The notes beneath the pieces were generated by a model, which had not been told where the DNA came from, made no database searches, and saw nothing but the letters and a program-made list of their open reading frames with translations. A program made the position numbers and the translations under genes. DNA of 29,859 bases from Verrucomicrobiota bacterium (GTDB lineage Bacteria; Verrucomicrobiota; Verrucomicrobiia; Verrucomicrobiales; DEV007), in NCBI GenBank assembly GCA_045046875.1, contig JASFYY010000031.1:1-29859 (forward strand), given 5' to 3'. Numbering within the stretch: position 1 is the stretch's first letter; each line of letters opens with the position of its first letter. Positions 7,769 through 17,160 of the stretch are shown piece by piece.

Positions 7769-8983
7769 GTGAAACTTTTCATCAAAACCTTGTTAATCGC
7801 CGCAGTAGCTACCAGCTTTGCTACCTCCAATCAAAAAGCAGCCACAGCTCCCAGCGCGACCAATGGCGATCAGTTCACTGCTATCACCGCCTCCATCATA
7901 GGCACCCACACCACTGCCTGCATCGGCAGTGATGACCGCTGGTATGTGCTCTATGAATTGTTGCTCACCAACTGCAAGGCCGTAGACGCTACTCTCGAAC
8001 AAATCACCGTGATCGACGCTTCGGATCCCGGTAGAATCCTCGCCACTTTCAAAAAAGACGAACTCATCAAATCCTTACGCACACTTGGCGCCAGACCAAC
8101 GACAGACAATAAACTCGCGTCCGGTTTTTCAAAATTGCTTCTTGTGTCCCTTACTTTTGATAAAAAATCCGCAATCCCTGCAACTGTAAAGCACCGTATT
8201 CAAGGTCTTGCCGCCAACAGTCCCGCTGCGCAAAAACCCGCCGCCATTGATTACACCATCGCCGAACTGTCACTGACCAAACAAACAGCCCCCGTTATGA
8301 GTCCACCTCTACAAGGTGGTGCTTGGCTGGTTGTGAACGGCACCGGGCCCCATCCAGGAGCCCACCGTGGAGCCCTGCAAACCGTAAATGGAACACTGGT
8401 CAATTCCCAGCGTTTTGCCATTGATTGGATGATGGCGGATGACGAAGGTCGCTTGGTAAACGGCGATCACAAAGTGCTGGAAAACTGGGTGGGTTACGGA
8501 CAAAGCATACTCGCAGCTGCAGATGGTGTAGTCATTCAAGTCGAAGGCAATTTGCCTGATCAAATCCCCGGCACCCTGCCTGACCCCAACAGCATCAACC
8601 TGACTAATGTCGATGGTAACTACGTAGTAATAGATCATGGCCATGGCATCTTCACCTTCTATGCCCACCTCAAACCAGGATCGCTCGCCGTTGGAGTGGG
8701 AGACTCCGTCAAAGCCGGCGACCAGCTTGGAGCTCTTGGAAATACCGGAAATACATCCGCCCCCCATCTGCATTTTCACGTGATGTCCGGCTCTTCGAGC
8801 CTCGGTTCTGACGGCCTGCCTTTTGTCCTTGATAATTTTCACCTGCAAGGCAGCCACAACTTAAACCAATTAGATGGCGCCCTCGACGGCAAAGCCTCAC
8901 TGCTGATCAAATCGAAACGCAAAAATCTAAGTCGAAACCAGCAACTGCCCCTTGATCTGAACCTCGTTCATTTTACTGATTAG
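7769..8983 (+). CDS. Secreted M23-family metallopeptidase
   Basis: N-terminal signal-like sequence, then FAIDW, GNYVVIDHG, YAHL and GNTGNTSAPHLHFH (HxH zinc motif). GTG start. Confidence 0.85.
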   Translation: MKLFIKTLLIAAVATSFATSNQKAATAPSATNGDQFTAITASIIGTHTTACIGSDDRWYVLYELLLTNCKAVDATLEQITVIDASDPGRILATFKKDELIKSLRTLGARPTTDNKLASGFSKLLLVSLTFDKKSAIPATVKHRIQGLAANSPAAQKPAAIDYTIAELSLTKQTAPVMSPPLQGGAWLVVNGTGPHPGAHRGALQTVNGTLVNSQRFAIDWMMADDEGRLVNGDHKVLENWVGYGQSILAAADGVVIQVEGNLPDQIPGTLPDPNSINLTNVDGNYVVIDHGHGIFTFYAHLKPGSLAVGVGDSVKAGDQLGALGNTGNTSAPHLHFHVMSGSSSLGSDGLPFVLDNFHLQGSHNLNQLDGALDGKASLLIKSKRKNLSRNQQLPLDLNLVHFTD

Positions 8984-8992
8984 AGACCAAGC

Positions 8993-9319
8993 CTACGGCA
9001 GATACCCGGCACAACGTGATTGGATCAGCTGCACCAATTCCGGGTCCATGTATGCGTAGTTATCAGGAATGCCTAGCACCACGATTTTTTTGCCCGCCAG
9101 ATAATTGCCAAACTTCTTGTTCAAGCGGCTTCGGTGAATCTTTTCCATCACAAAAATCACATCGGCCCATTCAATCTGCTCCGGACAAAGCGCAACCTCA
9201 GCGTCATGGTTCAACCCCGCTGAATCCACCTCAAGTGTCGGGTGCTCTGCATAGATCGCCTCACCGGTCGGGCTGCGCAGTTTATTCTGCGAGCAAATAA
9301 AAAGTAAGCACTTTTTCAT
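8993..9319 (-). CDS. Low-molecular-weight protein-tyrosine-phosphatase-like protein
   Basis: LFICSQNKLRSPT (CX5R), SAG, WADVIFVME and L.IPD.Y.YMDPEL. Start at ATG 9319 (MKKC...). Confidence 0.88.
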   Translation of the reverse strand: MKKCLLFICSQNKLRSPTGEAIYAEHPTLEVDSAGLNHDAEVALCPEQIEWADVIFVMEKIHRSRLNKKFGNYLAGKKIVVLGIPDNYAYMDPELVQLIQSRCAGYLP

Positions 9320-9466
9320 GAGAGTAAGATAAATAAAGCTAACACAGGACAATATAATCGCTAATTTGCCAATTCTACAGACCGTGCTTAATGGGTTAAA
9401 TTCAATAATATCTCCTACATTTTAAAAATATAATCCACTTACTGTCTTGGTTAACAAGAAATTATT

Positions 9467-9928
9467 TCAACTCCATGAAATTGTAAAATATAGAATTCCC
9501 ACGGACTTATCCAATTCAATGCTACCAAAACTTGCGCCACCACCCGGGATAATTGAATATTTCACTCTTCCTGAATCCAGCTTTTTGCCTTCCTCAAATT
9601 TGATCCCAGGGGATTCAATAATCCAATTTTTAAGGATTTCTTGATCAGCCGAAAACGAACCACTGAAGGTTCTTGTAAATGGACTACCTGACGTTTCTAT
9701 CCGAAAATTGCGAGCACTCACTGGTAAAGGAGCAAATTGCCCCCACTCCCACGCAGCATCAACCATGGCCTCCTCTTTGAACGGGTTGACGTTAGCAACC
9801 CAATTCGGCGTATAAGTCCAACCAATTAAAAAAATACCAAACGCCAACACCACTCCTGACATGCTCAAAGCTCCAATACATCCCAGACAAGCGAAGCGCT
9901 TACTCCAGCTCTTGGGCAGCTTTGTCAT
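9467..9928 (-). CDS. Hypothetical protein with a single N-terminal membrane anchor
   Basis: ATG at 9928 lies 2 nt after the ROK gene stop. Basic N-terminus followed by a hydrophobic helix. Confidence 0.7.
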   Translation of the reverse strand: MTKLPKSWSKRFACLGCIGALSMSGVVLAFGIFLIGWTYTPNWVANVNPFKEEAMVDAAWEWGQFAPLPVSARNFRIETSGSPFTRTFSGSFSADQEILKNWIIESPGIKFEEGKKLDSGRVKYSIIPGGGASFGSIELDKSVGILYFTISWS

Positions 9929-9930
9929 CC

Positions 9931-10887
9931 TTAACCCTCTATCGATTTTGCCGCCCAAGCCGCAGCACCCTGCACCCCCGCGTCATCACCTAGCTTGGCT
10001 TCCACAATTCGATATTTGCCACGAAAGGGAGCCAGCACTTTTTCATCAACCGATTTCTCCAGAGTTTTAAGAAAAAGCTTGGGCATCGCCTCGACCAAAC
10101 CGCCGCCCAATACAATCACTTCTGGTGCCATCAGCTGCACCACCGTCGCCACCCCACTGCCCAAACGACAAGCCGCTTGTTTGACGATTTTTTCTATCGC
10201 TTTGTCACCGTTTTCAATCGCAGCAGCGATTTTGCCACTGGTGATTTTAGCCATGTCAGTACCACATTTATCCAAAATATAAGGAGCCTGCCCGCGGTAA
10301 GCCGCTGCCGCCGATTCGGACGCAATCGCCAATCGGCTGCACACTTCTTCTAGGGTCAGTCCCGCTTCACCAAATGGAGTGTGGCCGATTTCCATACAGG
10401 TGATATTCGCCCCCTCCAACAACCGACCGTGAATGACCGCTCCCCCACCAATGCCCGTTCCGGGGAAAATACCCACCGCACTTCTCGCTCCCGCCGCCGC
10501 ACCGAATTTATACTCTCCAAACACCCCCGAATCCACATCGTTGCAAGCGACCACCGGACAGTCGAATTCTTTTTCAAAGATCAACCGCACTGGCACGTCC
10601 TGCCAACCCAGATTAGGCGCCGCCAACAAAACCCCCGCTTGCGGATCCACCGGCCCGGGACAACCGATGCCAATGCCACTGAGATCTTTATCCGATACAC
10701 CGGCCTCGTCCATCGCATCGCGAATCGTCTGCCCCATACGTTCCACCACATTTTTCAAACCGCGATGCCCCTCGGTTTTGCGTTTGGCGGATCCCAGTTG
10801 TTTGAAATCCCCGTTATAAACCTTGGCCAACATCTTGGTACCCCCAAGATCCAAACCCACCCAGTAAGTTTTATTTTTACCACCCAT
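9931..10887 (-). CDS. ROK-family sugar kinase (glucokinase-like)
   Basis: GLDLGGTK, GIGCPG, NDVD, GTGIGG, EIGH, LGGG and LGDDAG..GAA. Confidence 0.92.
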   Translation of the reverse strand: MGGKNKTYWVGLDLGGTKMLAKVYNGDFKQLGSAKRKTEGHRGLKNVVERMGQTIRDAMDEAGVSDKDLSGIGIGCPGPVDPQAGVLLAAPNLGWQDVPVRLIFEKEFDCPVVACNDVDSGVFGEYKFGAAAGARSAVGIFPGTGIGGGAVIHGRLLEGANITCMEIGHTPFGEAGLTLEEVCSRLAIASESAAAAYRGQAPYILDKCGTDMAKITSGKIAAAIENGDKAIEKIVKQAACRLGSGVATVVQLMAPEVIVLGGGLVEAMPKLFLKTLEKSVDEKVLAPFRGKYRIVEAKLGDDAGVQGAAAWAAKSIEG

Positions 10888-10888
10888 G

Positions 10889-12067
10889 TTAACTTTTTGT
10901 TAAATAAGATTTTGCATAGTCACGCGCCCATTGGTCAGCCAGCAATATTTCATCCAAAGAAGGCTCGCTCACATTTTGATGGGCATTCATCGTCTTTTCC
11001 ACCGTTTGCCAGATCTTGGGAAAGCTGATGCTTTCAGTTAAAAATCTCGCCACCGCCACTTCATTGGCCGCATTGAGAACCGCGGGTAAAGTGCCGCCAT
11101 CCTTACCTGCCCAGCTTGCCAGATTCAATGCTGGAAAATCATCAAACCGCGGCTGCTCGAACTCCAACTTGGCCAAAGCAGCAAAATCCAAAGGCCGCAA
11201 ACTGTTGGCTACCCGTCTCGGCCAGGTCACCGCATACTGAATCGGAAAACACATGTCCGTGGTGCTAAGCTGGGCTAAAATCGAACCGTCAATAAACTCC
11301 ACCATCGAATGTACGATGCTCTGCGGATGCACAATCACCTCCACCCGATCCATCTCGACATCAAACAACCAGCGTGCCTCGATCATCTCCAGCCCTTTGT
11401 TGAACAAGGTCGCAGAATCAATCGTGATCTTTTGCCCCATCTCCCAAGTCGGGTGTTTGAGCGCACGCTGTAAAGTAACATCGACCAACTCATTGGCTGG
11501 CAGCTGGCGAAATGGCCCACCGGAGGCCGTCAGAATCAAACGCGACACCTCGTCGACATCCCGGTTCTCCAAACATTGAAAAATCGCATTGTGCTCGGAA
11601 TCCACCGGCAACACATTGACCCCGTGTTTCCTCGCCGCCTTCATCACCGCCTCACCAGCCATCACCAGGATCTCCTTGCTGGCCACCGCAATGTCCTTGC
11701 CCGCTTCGATCGCCGCCAAGGCTGGCCGCAGGCCTGCCGTGCCCACAATCGCGATCAACACCATGTCCGCCTCGGGCAGGGTCGCCAGTTCAATCAGTCC
11801 CTCTTCGCCGCAACTGATGGAAAGTGAGTCATCGCTCAGCGACTGCAACTGCTCGCAGGCAGCTTCGTCATAAAGACAAGCGTGCTTAACGCCGGTCTCG
11901 CGAACCTGACGCGCCAAGCTCTCGGCACTGCGATTGGCCGCCAGACCGATCAAACGCATCTGCTCCGGCAGATCACGGGCGACTTTCAAAGCGCTCTCAC
12001 CAATCGAACCCGTCGAGCCCAATACGACCAACGCTTTTTGTTTGACTGGTTTTTTTTCTCCGCTCAT
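10889..12067 (-). CDS. dxr: 1-deoxy-D-xylulose-5-phosphate reductoisomerase
   Basis: LGSTGSIG, LPVDSEH, LTASGGPF, HPTW.MG.KITIDSAT and NKGLE.IEA. Confidence 0.97.
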   Translation of the reverse strand: MSGEKKPVKQKALVVLGSTGSIGESALKVARDLPEQMRLIGLAANRSAESLARQVRETGVKHACLYDEAACEQLQSLSDDSLSISCGEEGLIELATLPEADMVLIAIVGTAGLRPALAAIEAGKDIAVASKEILVMAGEAVMKAARKHGVNVLPVDSEHNAIFQCLENRDVDEVSRLILTASGGPFRQLPANELVDVTLQRALKHPTWEMGQKITIDSATLFNKGLEMIEARWLFDVEMDRVEVIVHPQSIVHSMVEFIDGSILAQLSTTDMCFPIQYAVTWPRRVANSLRPLDFAALAKLEFEQPRFDDFPALNLASWAGKDGGTLPAVLNAANEVAVARFLTESISFPKIWQTVEKTMNAHQNVSEPSLDEILLADQWARDYAKSYLTKS

Positions 12068-12082
12068 TTCTCAACAACAGGC

Positions 12083-12964
12083 TCAGCCAAGCAGCAAAAT
12101 CAGATAAAAATACAACACCGGAGCGGTGAACAACAAACTGTCGATCAAATCCAGCACCCCGCCAATACCCGGCATGATCTGCCCCGAATCCTTGATCTCC
12201 AGCGTGCGCTTGAGAATAGATTCCGAAAGGTCACCAATGATCGATGCCACCGAGATCGAAAAGGTTATGCCCACCAACCACAAGGTCGATTCCAACAACG
12301 GTAAATGGCCAGCAAACAAAGCGCGGCAAGCAAATGCTCCGATAAACGCGAACAGCACCCCTCCGAGCAATCCCTCCCAGGTTTTGCCCGGACTGATATG
12401 CGGGATGCACTTGTGCCGACCAATCATTGATCCCACCACGTAAGCGCCGGTATCGGTGAACTTGGTGACGATGACCAGAAACAACACATACCAAGCAGAC
12501 ACCGGCTGGCCCTCCGCTCCGAGCAAGGGCAAACAAAGAATTTTTGCGGCAAAAGAAAACAACAAGGTCACATAGACAAAACCAAACAAGGCGCGCATCA
12601 ATTCATCCAGGCTCTTGCGCCCTTCCAAGGCCGAACCCAAACGCGTAGCGACCAATAAAATCACCAGGGCTGCCAGTGCCAAACCGTCCACAGCCCCCAA
12701 GACCGCAGGCGAGGCGCCGTCCCTGTACTGATACAAATAAGCCAGATAAGCGACGCTCACCAGCACCGTCTGAACAGTAAAACGCCGGGATCCCGTTGCC
12801 TGCTTGAGCAATTGAAAATACTCCAGTAAACCCAACACCACCACCAAGGAGATCAAAGCAAAAAACACCGCATGACTGCCCAAAACAAACGCGCCCACCA
12901 CCACCGCCCACAACACCACCGTACTCAACAAACGGGATAAAAATGTTTTGGCGGTTTTAGTCAT
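12083..12964 (-). CDS. cdsA: Phosphatidate cytidylyltransferase
   Basis: Multi-TM protein with DTGAY..G, ISPGKTWEG and GDL.ES..KR...IKDSG..PG.GG.LD..DS. Confidence 0.93.
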   Translation of the reverse strand: MTKTAKTFLSRLLSTVVLWAVVVGAFVLGSHAVFFALISLVVVLGLLEYFQLLKQATGSRRFTVQTVLVSVAYLAYLYQYRDGASPAVLGAVDGLALAALVILLVATRLGSALEGRKSLDELMRALFGFVYVTLLFSFAAKILCLPLLGAEGQPVSAWYVLFLVIVTKFTDTGAYVVGSMIGRHKCIPHISPGKTWEGLLGGVLFAFIGAFACRALFAGHLPLLESTLWLVGITFSISVASIIGDLSESILKRTLEIKDSGQIMPGIGGVLDLIDSLLFTAPVLYFYLILLLG

Positions 12965-13018
12965 ACGGTTGATACACTGCTGGTTGCGAAAGTCTGAACA
13001 GTATTTCTTAAAGTGTCA

Positions 13019-14761
13019 CTATTTTGTTGCAGGCATTTTCCGGTCCCGTTTCCACAACTCATCCTCCAAATCAGCAAATGACCCCTCCAATTCATCCACC
13101 GCTTCCAGCAAAGGGGCGTATTTTTTCCGCTGTTGGGTGCAGACTTCTCTCAAAGGATCGAACAAGCGCACAAAATCAGTGTAACACTGATCCACGCCCT
13201 GATTAAATGCCAAACGCAGGGCATCATGCAATCGGGTGCGCTGCGCATCCAACTCCTCGGAAAAAAATGCGCGGATTTTTGCCGTGCCTTTAAAACCCGC
13301 AAAGACCGAAGCAAACAATGCGATCGCCGACGCGCCAAAAGCTATCAGATGAAACGGCGTCCAACCTTTCCACAACAACCAGCCACCCCCGATCAAAGCA
13401 AACAAACTGACCAACAGAAAACCCCACATACGCCGCCGCCGCCGCCGGAAGAATTTTTTCAACCCATCGCAAAGATAAGGGTTTTTCAATTCTCCACTGG
13501 TCGCATTTTCCACCTGCTCGACCAAACGCTTACGACTGGCGCTCCAATCCGGCTCACCGGTTTTACCCACACTGAGTTTGAGTTTGAATTTTTTCTGCAT
13601 GTCATGGGAGAGCTCATCCCACAACTTACGCACATCGTCCTCAGCAACCAAAGCCGCGTCCTCACAGGTTCGTTTGACGTGCTCCAGTGTCGTATCCGTG
13701 ATGATCTCTTCTATTTTGGCAGGCAAATCCCCCGCCGACTGCAGTGAAGAAATGATCCCCATACGGCTATCGAGCAAGTGGTCGGTTTTAAGCCGCGCAC
13801 TCATGAAAGCATTGTCAAAAGCTGAAAAAACCGGCTCGAATTTCCCCTCCGTTCGCGACTGCTGTTTTTCGGCGCGAACTTCCAAAGTAGCAAACAGCTC
13901 ATCGTCCGCGCGAATGATCTCCGCCGGGGTGTGCAGTTTGTCGCGCACCTCCTTGAGCACAGACTTGGCCAGGACACAGGCTTCATCCATTTTTTCCAGT
14001 CGCTGACCCGAACGATTAATCACTTGGGAGAGGTAAGTCTCCAATTCAGCAATCCGGCTTTCTTTCAGCAGGCGATCTTTATCGAGACCAGATGTTTTAG
14101 CCAACAAGGCTTTTTTACCAGCAAGCGCAAAAGTCGGGAACTGGGTTTGGCAACGGTTGATCGAAGTTCGACGCAAATGCTCCAGAATGGCGTCGATCTC
14201 TTCGTCCGAACGGCGGTCGCACTGCTGCAAAATGAGCACTATCTTGTCCTGCCATTTTTCATAAATACGTTCCAGCATTTTCCAGGTCGTCGGGCTCCAG
14301 GGATCAGTGACCGGAAATACCACCAGAATAAAATCCGCCGCTGGCAGGATTTCTTCGATCACTTGCTGCTGATGACGTTTGATCGAGCCGTCACCCGGCA
14401 CATCCACCAAGGTGAAATCATTCAATACCTCAAGCGGACGATAACACTCAAGCAATGAATCGCTGACCTCGAAGTCATGTTTTTCCTTACCGTATTGATA
14501 CTGCTCAATGCGTTTCGACAGAGGGTGGGCATCATCCACCGGACACAGATCTTCTCCGAAAACCGCATTCACCAGGGTAGACTTGCCCGTGCCGGCCTCA
14601 CCCAGCACCACTAATCGAAAAGAATCCTTCAAAGTAGCCAAAACATTACGAACCTTGGTCACGCTGGACGCACTGAGATCCGTCTCCTCAGCCAATTGCG
14701 CCAAAGCCCCGACGGTGTCCCGTAGGTTGCTGCGTAGATCAAAGTACTGTTGGCCGAGCAT
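13019..14761 (-). CDS. Dynamin-like GTPase with C-terminal transmembrane hairpin
   Basis: G1 GEAGTGKSTLVNA, G3 DVPG, G4-like LQQCD, long helical stalk and two hydrophobic segments after a poly-Arg run. Confidence 0.78.
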   Translation of the reverse strand: MLGQQYFDLRSNLRDTVGALAQLAEETDLSASSVTKVRNVLATLKDSFRLVVLGEAGTGKSTLVNAVFGEDLCPVDDAHPLSKRIEQYQYGKEKHDFEVSDSLLECYRPLEVLNDFTLVDVPGDGSIKRHQQQVIEEILPAADFILVVFPVTDPWSPTTWKMLERIYEKWQDKIVLILQQCDRRSDEEIDAILEHLRRTSINRCQTQFPTFALAGKKALLAKTSGLDKDRLLKESRIAELETYLSQVINRSGQRLEKMDEACVLAKSVLKEVRDKLHTPAEIIRADDELFATLEVRAEKQQSRTEGKFEPVFSAFDNAFMSARLKTDHLLDSRMGIISSLQSAGDLPAKIEEIITDTTLEHVKRTCEDAALVAEDDVRKLWDELSHDMQKKFKLKLSVGKTGEPDWSASRKRLVEQVENATSGELKNPYLCDGLKKFFRRRRRRMWGFLLVSLFALIGGGWLLWKGWTPFHLIAFGASAIALFASVFAGFKGTAKIRAFFSEELDAQRTRLHDALRLAFNQGVDQCYTDFVRLFDPLREVCTQQRKKYAPLLEAVDELEGSFADLEDELWKRDRKMPATK

Positions 14762-14997
14762 AAATTTTGTTAAGTACGCCTAAGAAACACGCGAACGACA
14801 GGAATTCGAATGGAAATACGTGTTTTGGCAAAAAAGTAGCGTCACGACCCGACGAATCCCCCAATCTTTTGACTTCACTTGCTATCTGCCCACACAATGC
14901 GAAAAATATAGCCCTGTGTTTGGTTGGTTATAAGCTGCTATTTGCCTACAATTACCAAATAAAGTTATAACTACACCAACCAATACCTAGCTCACCC

Positions 14998-17115
14998 GTG
15001 TCTTTCCAAATTTTACCCGGTTCTCCCTTACCTCTAGGAGCCCAATGCCTGCATGGCGGTACGGATATTGTTAATTTTGCCATCTACTCCCACCACGCCA
15101 CGGCGATCGATCTCTGTCTATTCGACACCGATGACCCCGGTCGTGAAATCGCACGCATCCGCCTCACCGAACGCAGCGGTGATGTCTGGCACGTTGAGGT
15201 GCAAGGCTGCAGGCCCCGCCAAGCTTATGCCTTCCGTGTTCACGGAGCCTGGAATCCCAGTGAAGGGCATTTTTTCAATGCCAACAAACTCCTCTTTGAT
15301 CCCTACGCACGGGACTTTTCCGAACCAGCGGTTTTTCACTCTTCCATGCTGGCCACCGACCTGCCTGCTCTCGCCCAAGGTCATGCCAAGCCCGACCGCG
15401 CCGACAGTGCAAATTTTGTGCCCCGTTCGCTGGTCAAAAACAATAATTTTGATTGGCAAGGTGTCCAGTCCCCACGCATCCCACTGGCCGAGTCCTTGAT
15501 TTACGAATTACATGTCAAAGGTTTCACCCAACTACATCATGACATCCCCGAGGCACTGCGCGGCACCTACGCCGGACTCGCCAATGAAGCCTCCATTTGC
15601 TATCTGCGGGAGCTCGGAGTCACTACCGTTCAGCTGATGCCGGTGCACTACCATCTCGATGATGGTTTTCTCGTCGAACGTGGACTGGTCAACTACTGGG
15701 GATACAATACCATTGGATTTTTTGCCCCCGACCCCCGTTACGCAGCAGGTCCTGATGCCGTCGCCGAATTCAAGGGCATGGTCAAAGCCCTGCATCAAGC
15801 GGGAATCGAAGTCATTCTCGACGTGGTCTATAATCACACCGGCGAAGCCGGCACCGACGGGCCGTCCTGCTGCTTTCGCGGCATTGACAATCTGGTTTAT
15901 TACCGCACCCAATCCAAAAGCCCCAGTGCTTACCAGGATTTCACCGGATGCGGCAATACCGTCAACTCACCGCACCCCCGTGTATTGCAACTGATCATGG
16001 ATAGTCTGCGCTACTGGGTCAGCGAAATGCACGTCGATGGCTTTCGTTTTGATCTTGCTGTCACTCTGGGACGAGAGCCGTCTAACTACAATGCTAATTG
16101 TGCTTTTTTCAAAGCCGTGCTGCAAGACCCTGTATTGTCCCAGGTCAAAATGATCGCCGAGCCCTGGGATCTCGGCCGTGGGGGCTATCAAGTCGGCAAT
16201 TTTCCCCACCCCTGGTCTGAACTCAATGGACACTACCGGGATACCGTCAGACGCTTTTGGAAAGGTGACCACGGCCTGCTTCCTGAATTTTCATCGCGCC
16301 TGGCCGGCAGTCAGGATCTTTACGGGTCGGGCCACCGCCCGCCTCAAGCCAGTATCAACTTCATCACTTCCCACGATGGTTTCACCCTACGGGATCTGGT
16401 CAGTTACAATCACAAACACAACGAGGATAACCTTGAAGATAATCGTGATGGCAGCGACCATGACATGACTTGGAATCATGGAGTGGAGGGCGAAACCGAT
16501 GACCCCCATATTCTAGCTTTGCGCGAGCGCCAACGGCGTAATTTCCTCACCACCTTATTGCTCTCCCGCGGAGTTCCTTTTTTACTGGCCGGAGACGAAC
16601 TTGGACGCAGTCAAAACGGCAATAACAACAGCTACTGCCAAGACAACGCCCTCAGTTGGATCGATTGGACTTTGGCCGATAAAGAAGCCGATTTTCTCAA
16701 TTTCGTAAAAAACCTGATTGCCTTCAGAAAAAAATACCCCACCCTGCGCCGCACCCATTTTTTCTCTGGCAAAGCCTCTCCCAGTACCGGCACTCCGGAC
16801 ATCGCCTGGTACCGCCCCGATGGAAGCGACATGAACAATGAGGACTGGCACGCACAAACCGCAGGAGCTCTAACCACCTTTATGGACGGACCAAAGACCA
16901 CGCCCATTTTGCTCTTACTCAACGCCCAGGCCGAACCCTTGACATTTCGTCTGCCCACGCCCTCCAACGCCTTACACACAGGACATTGGGAACTCGAGAT
17001 CGATACTGCCGACCCCCATGGTGTCGGACGCAATTCCGCCCTTCACGGACAATCGGTGTTACCCTCCCGCGCCATGCAGGTATGGACTTTGCAACAAGCT
17101 GGCTCAGAGGCTTGA
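14998..17115 (+). CDS. glgX: Glycogen debranching enzyme (GH13 isoamylase type)
   Basis: PLGA, NYWGYNT, DVVYNHT, and catalytic motifs GFRFDL, AEPWD and SHDGFTL, plus GNNN.YCQDN. GTG start. Confidence 0.96.
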   Translation: MSFQILPGSPLPLGAQCLHGGTDIVNFAIYSHHATAIDLCLFDTDDPGREIARIRLTERSGDVWHVEVQGCRPRQAYAFRVHGAWNPSEGHFFNANKLLFDPYARDFSEPAVFHSSMLATDLPALAQGHAKPDRADSANFVPRSLVKNNNFDWQGVQSPRIPLAESLIYELHVKGFTQLHHDIPEALRGTYAGLANEASICYLRELGVTTVQLMPVHYHLDDGFLVERGLVNYWGYNTIGFFAPDPRYAAGPDAVAEFKGMVKALHQAGIEVILDVVYNHTGEAGTDGPSCCFRGIDNLVYYRTQSKSPSAYQDFTGCGNTVNSPHPRVLQLIMDSLRYWVSEMHVDGFRFDLAVTLGREPSNYNANCAFFKAVLQDPVLSQVKMIAEPWDLGRGGYQVGNFPHPWSELNGHYRDTVRRFWKGDHGLLPEFSSRLAGSQDLYGSGHRPPQASINFITSHDGFTLRDLVSYNHKHNEDNLEDNRDGSDHDMTWNHGVEGETDDPHILALRERQRRNFLTTLLLSRGVPFLLAGDELGRSQNGNNNSYCQDNALSWIDWTLADKEADFLNFVKNLIAFRKKYPTLRRTHFFSGKASPSTGTPDIAWYRPDGSDMNNEDWHAQTAGALTTFMDGPKTTPILLLLNAQAEPLTFRLPTPSNALHTGHWELEIDTADPHGVGRNSALHGQSVLPSRAMQVWTLQQAGSEA

Positions 17116-17160
17116 CTACCGGCCAAGCTAACGAGATTATTTCTCATATAGCTTAAAATT

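Noticed and set aside
10381..11028. Numerous 60-215 aa ORFs antisense to or overlapping real genes (for example 10381..11028 and 13133..13747)
   Set aside because: These are shadow ORFs of well-supported genes with no recognisable motifs.
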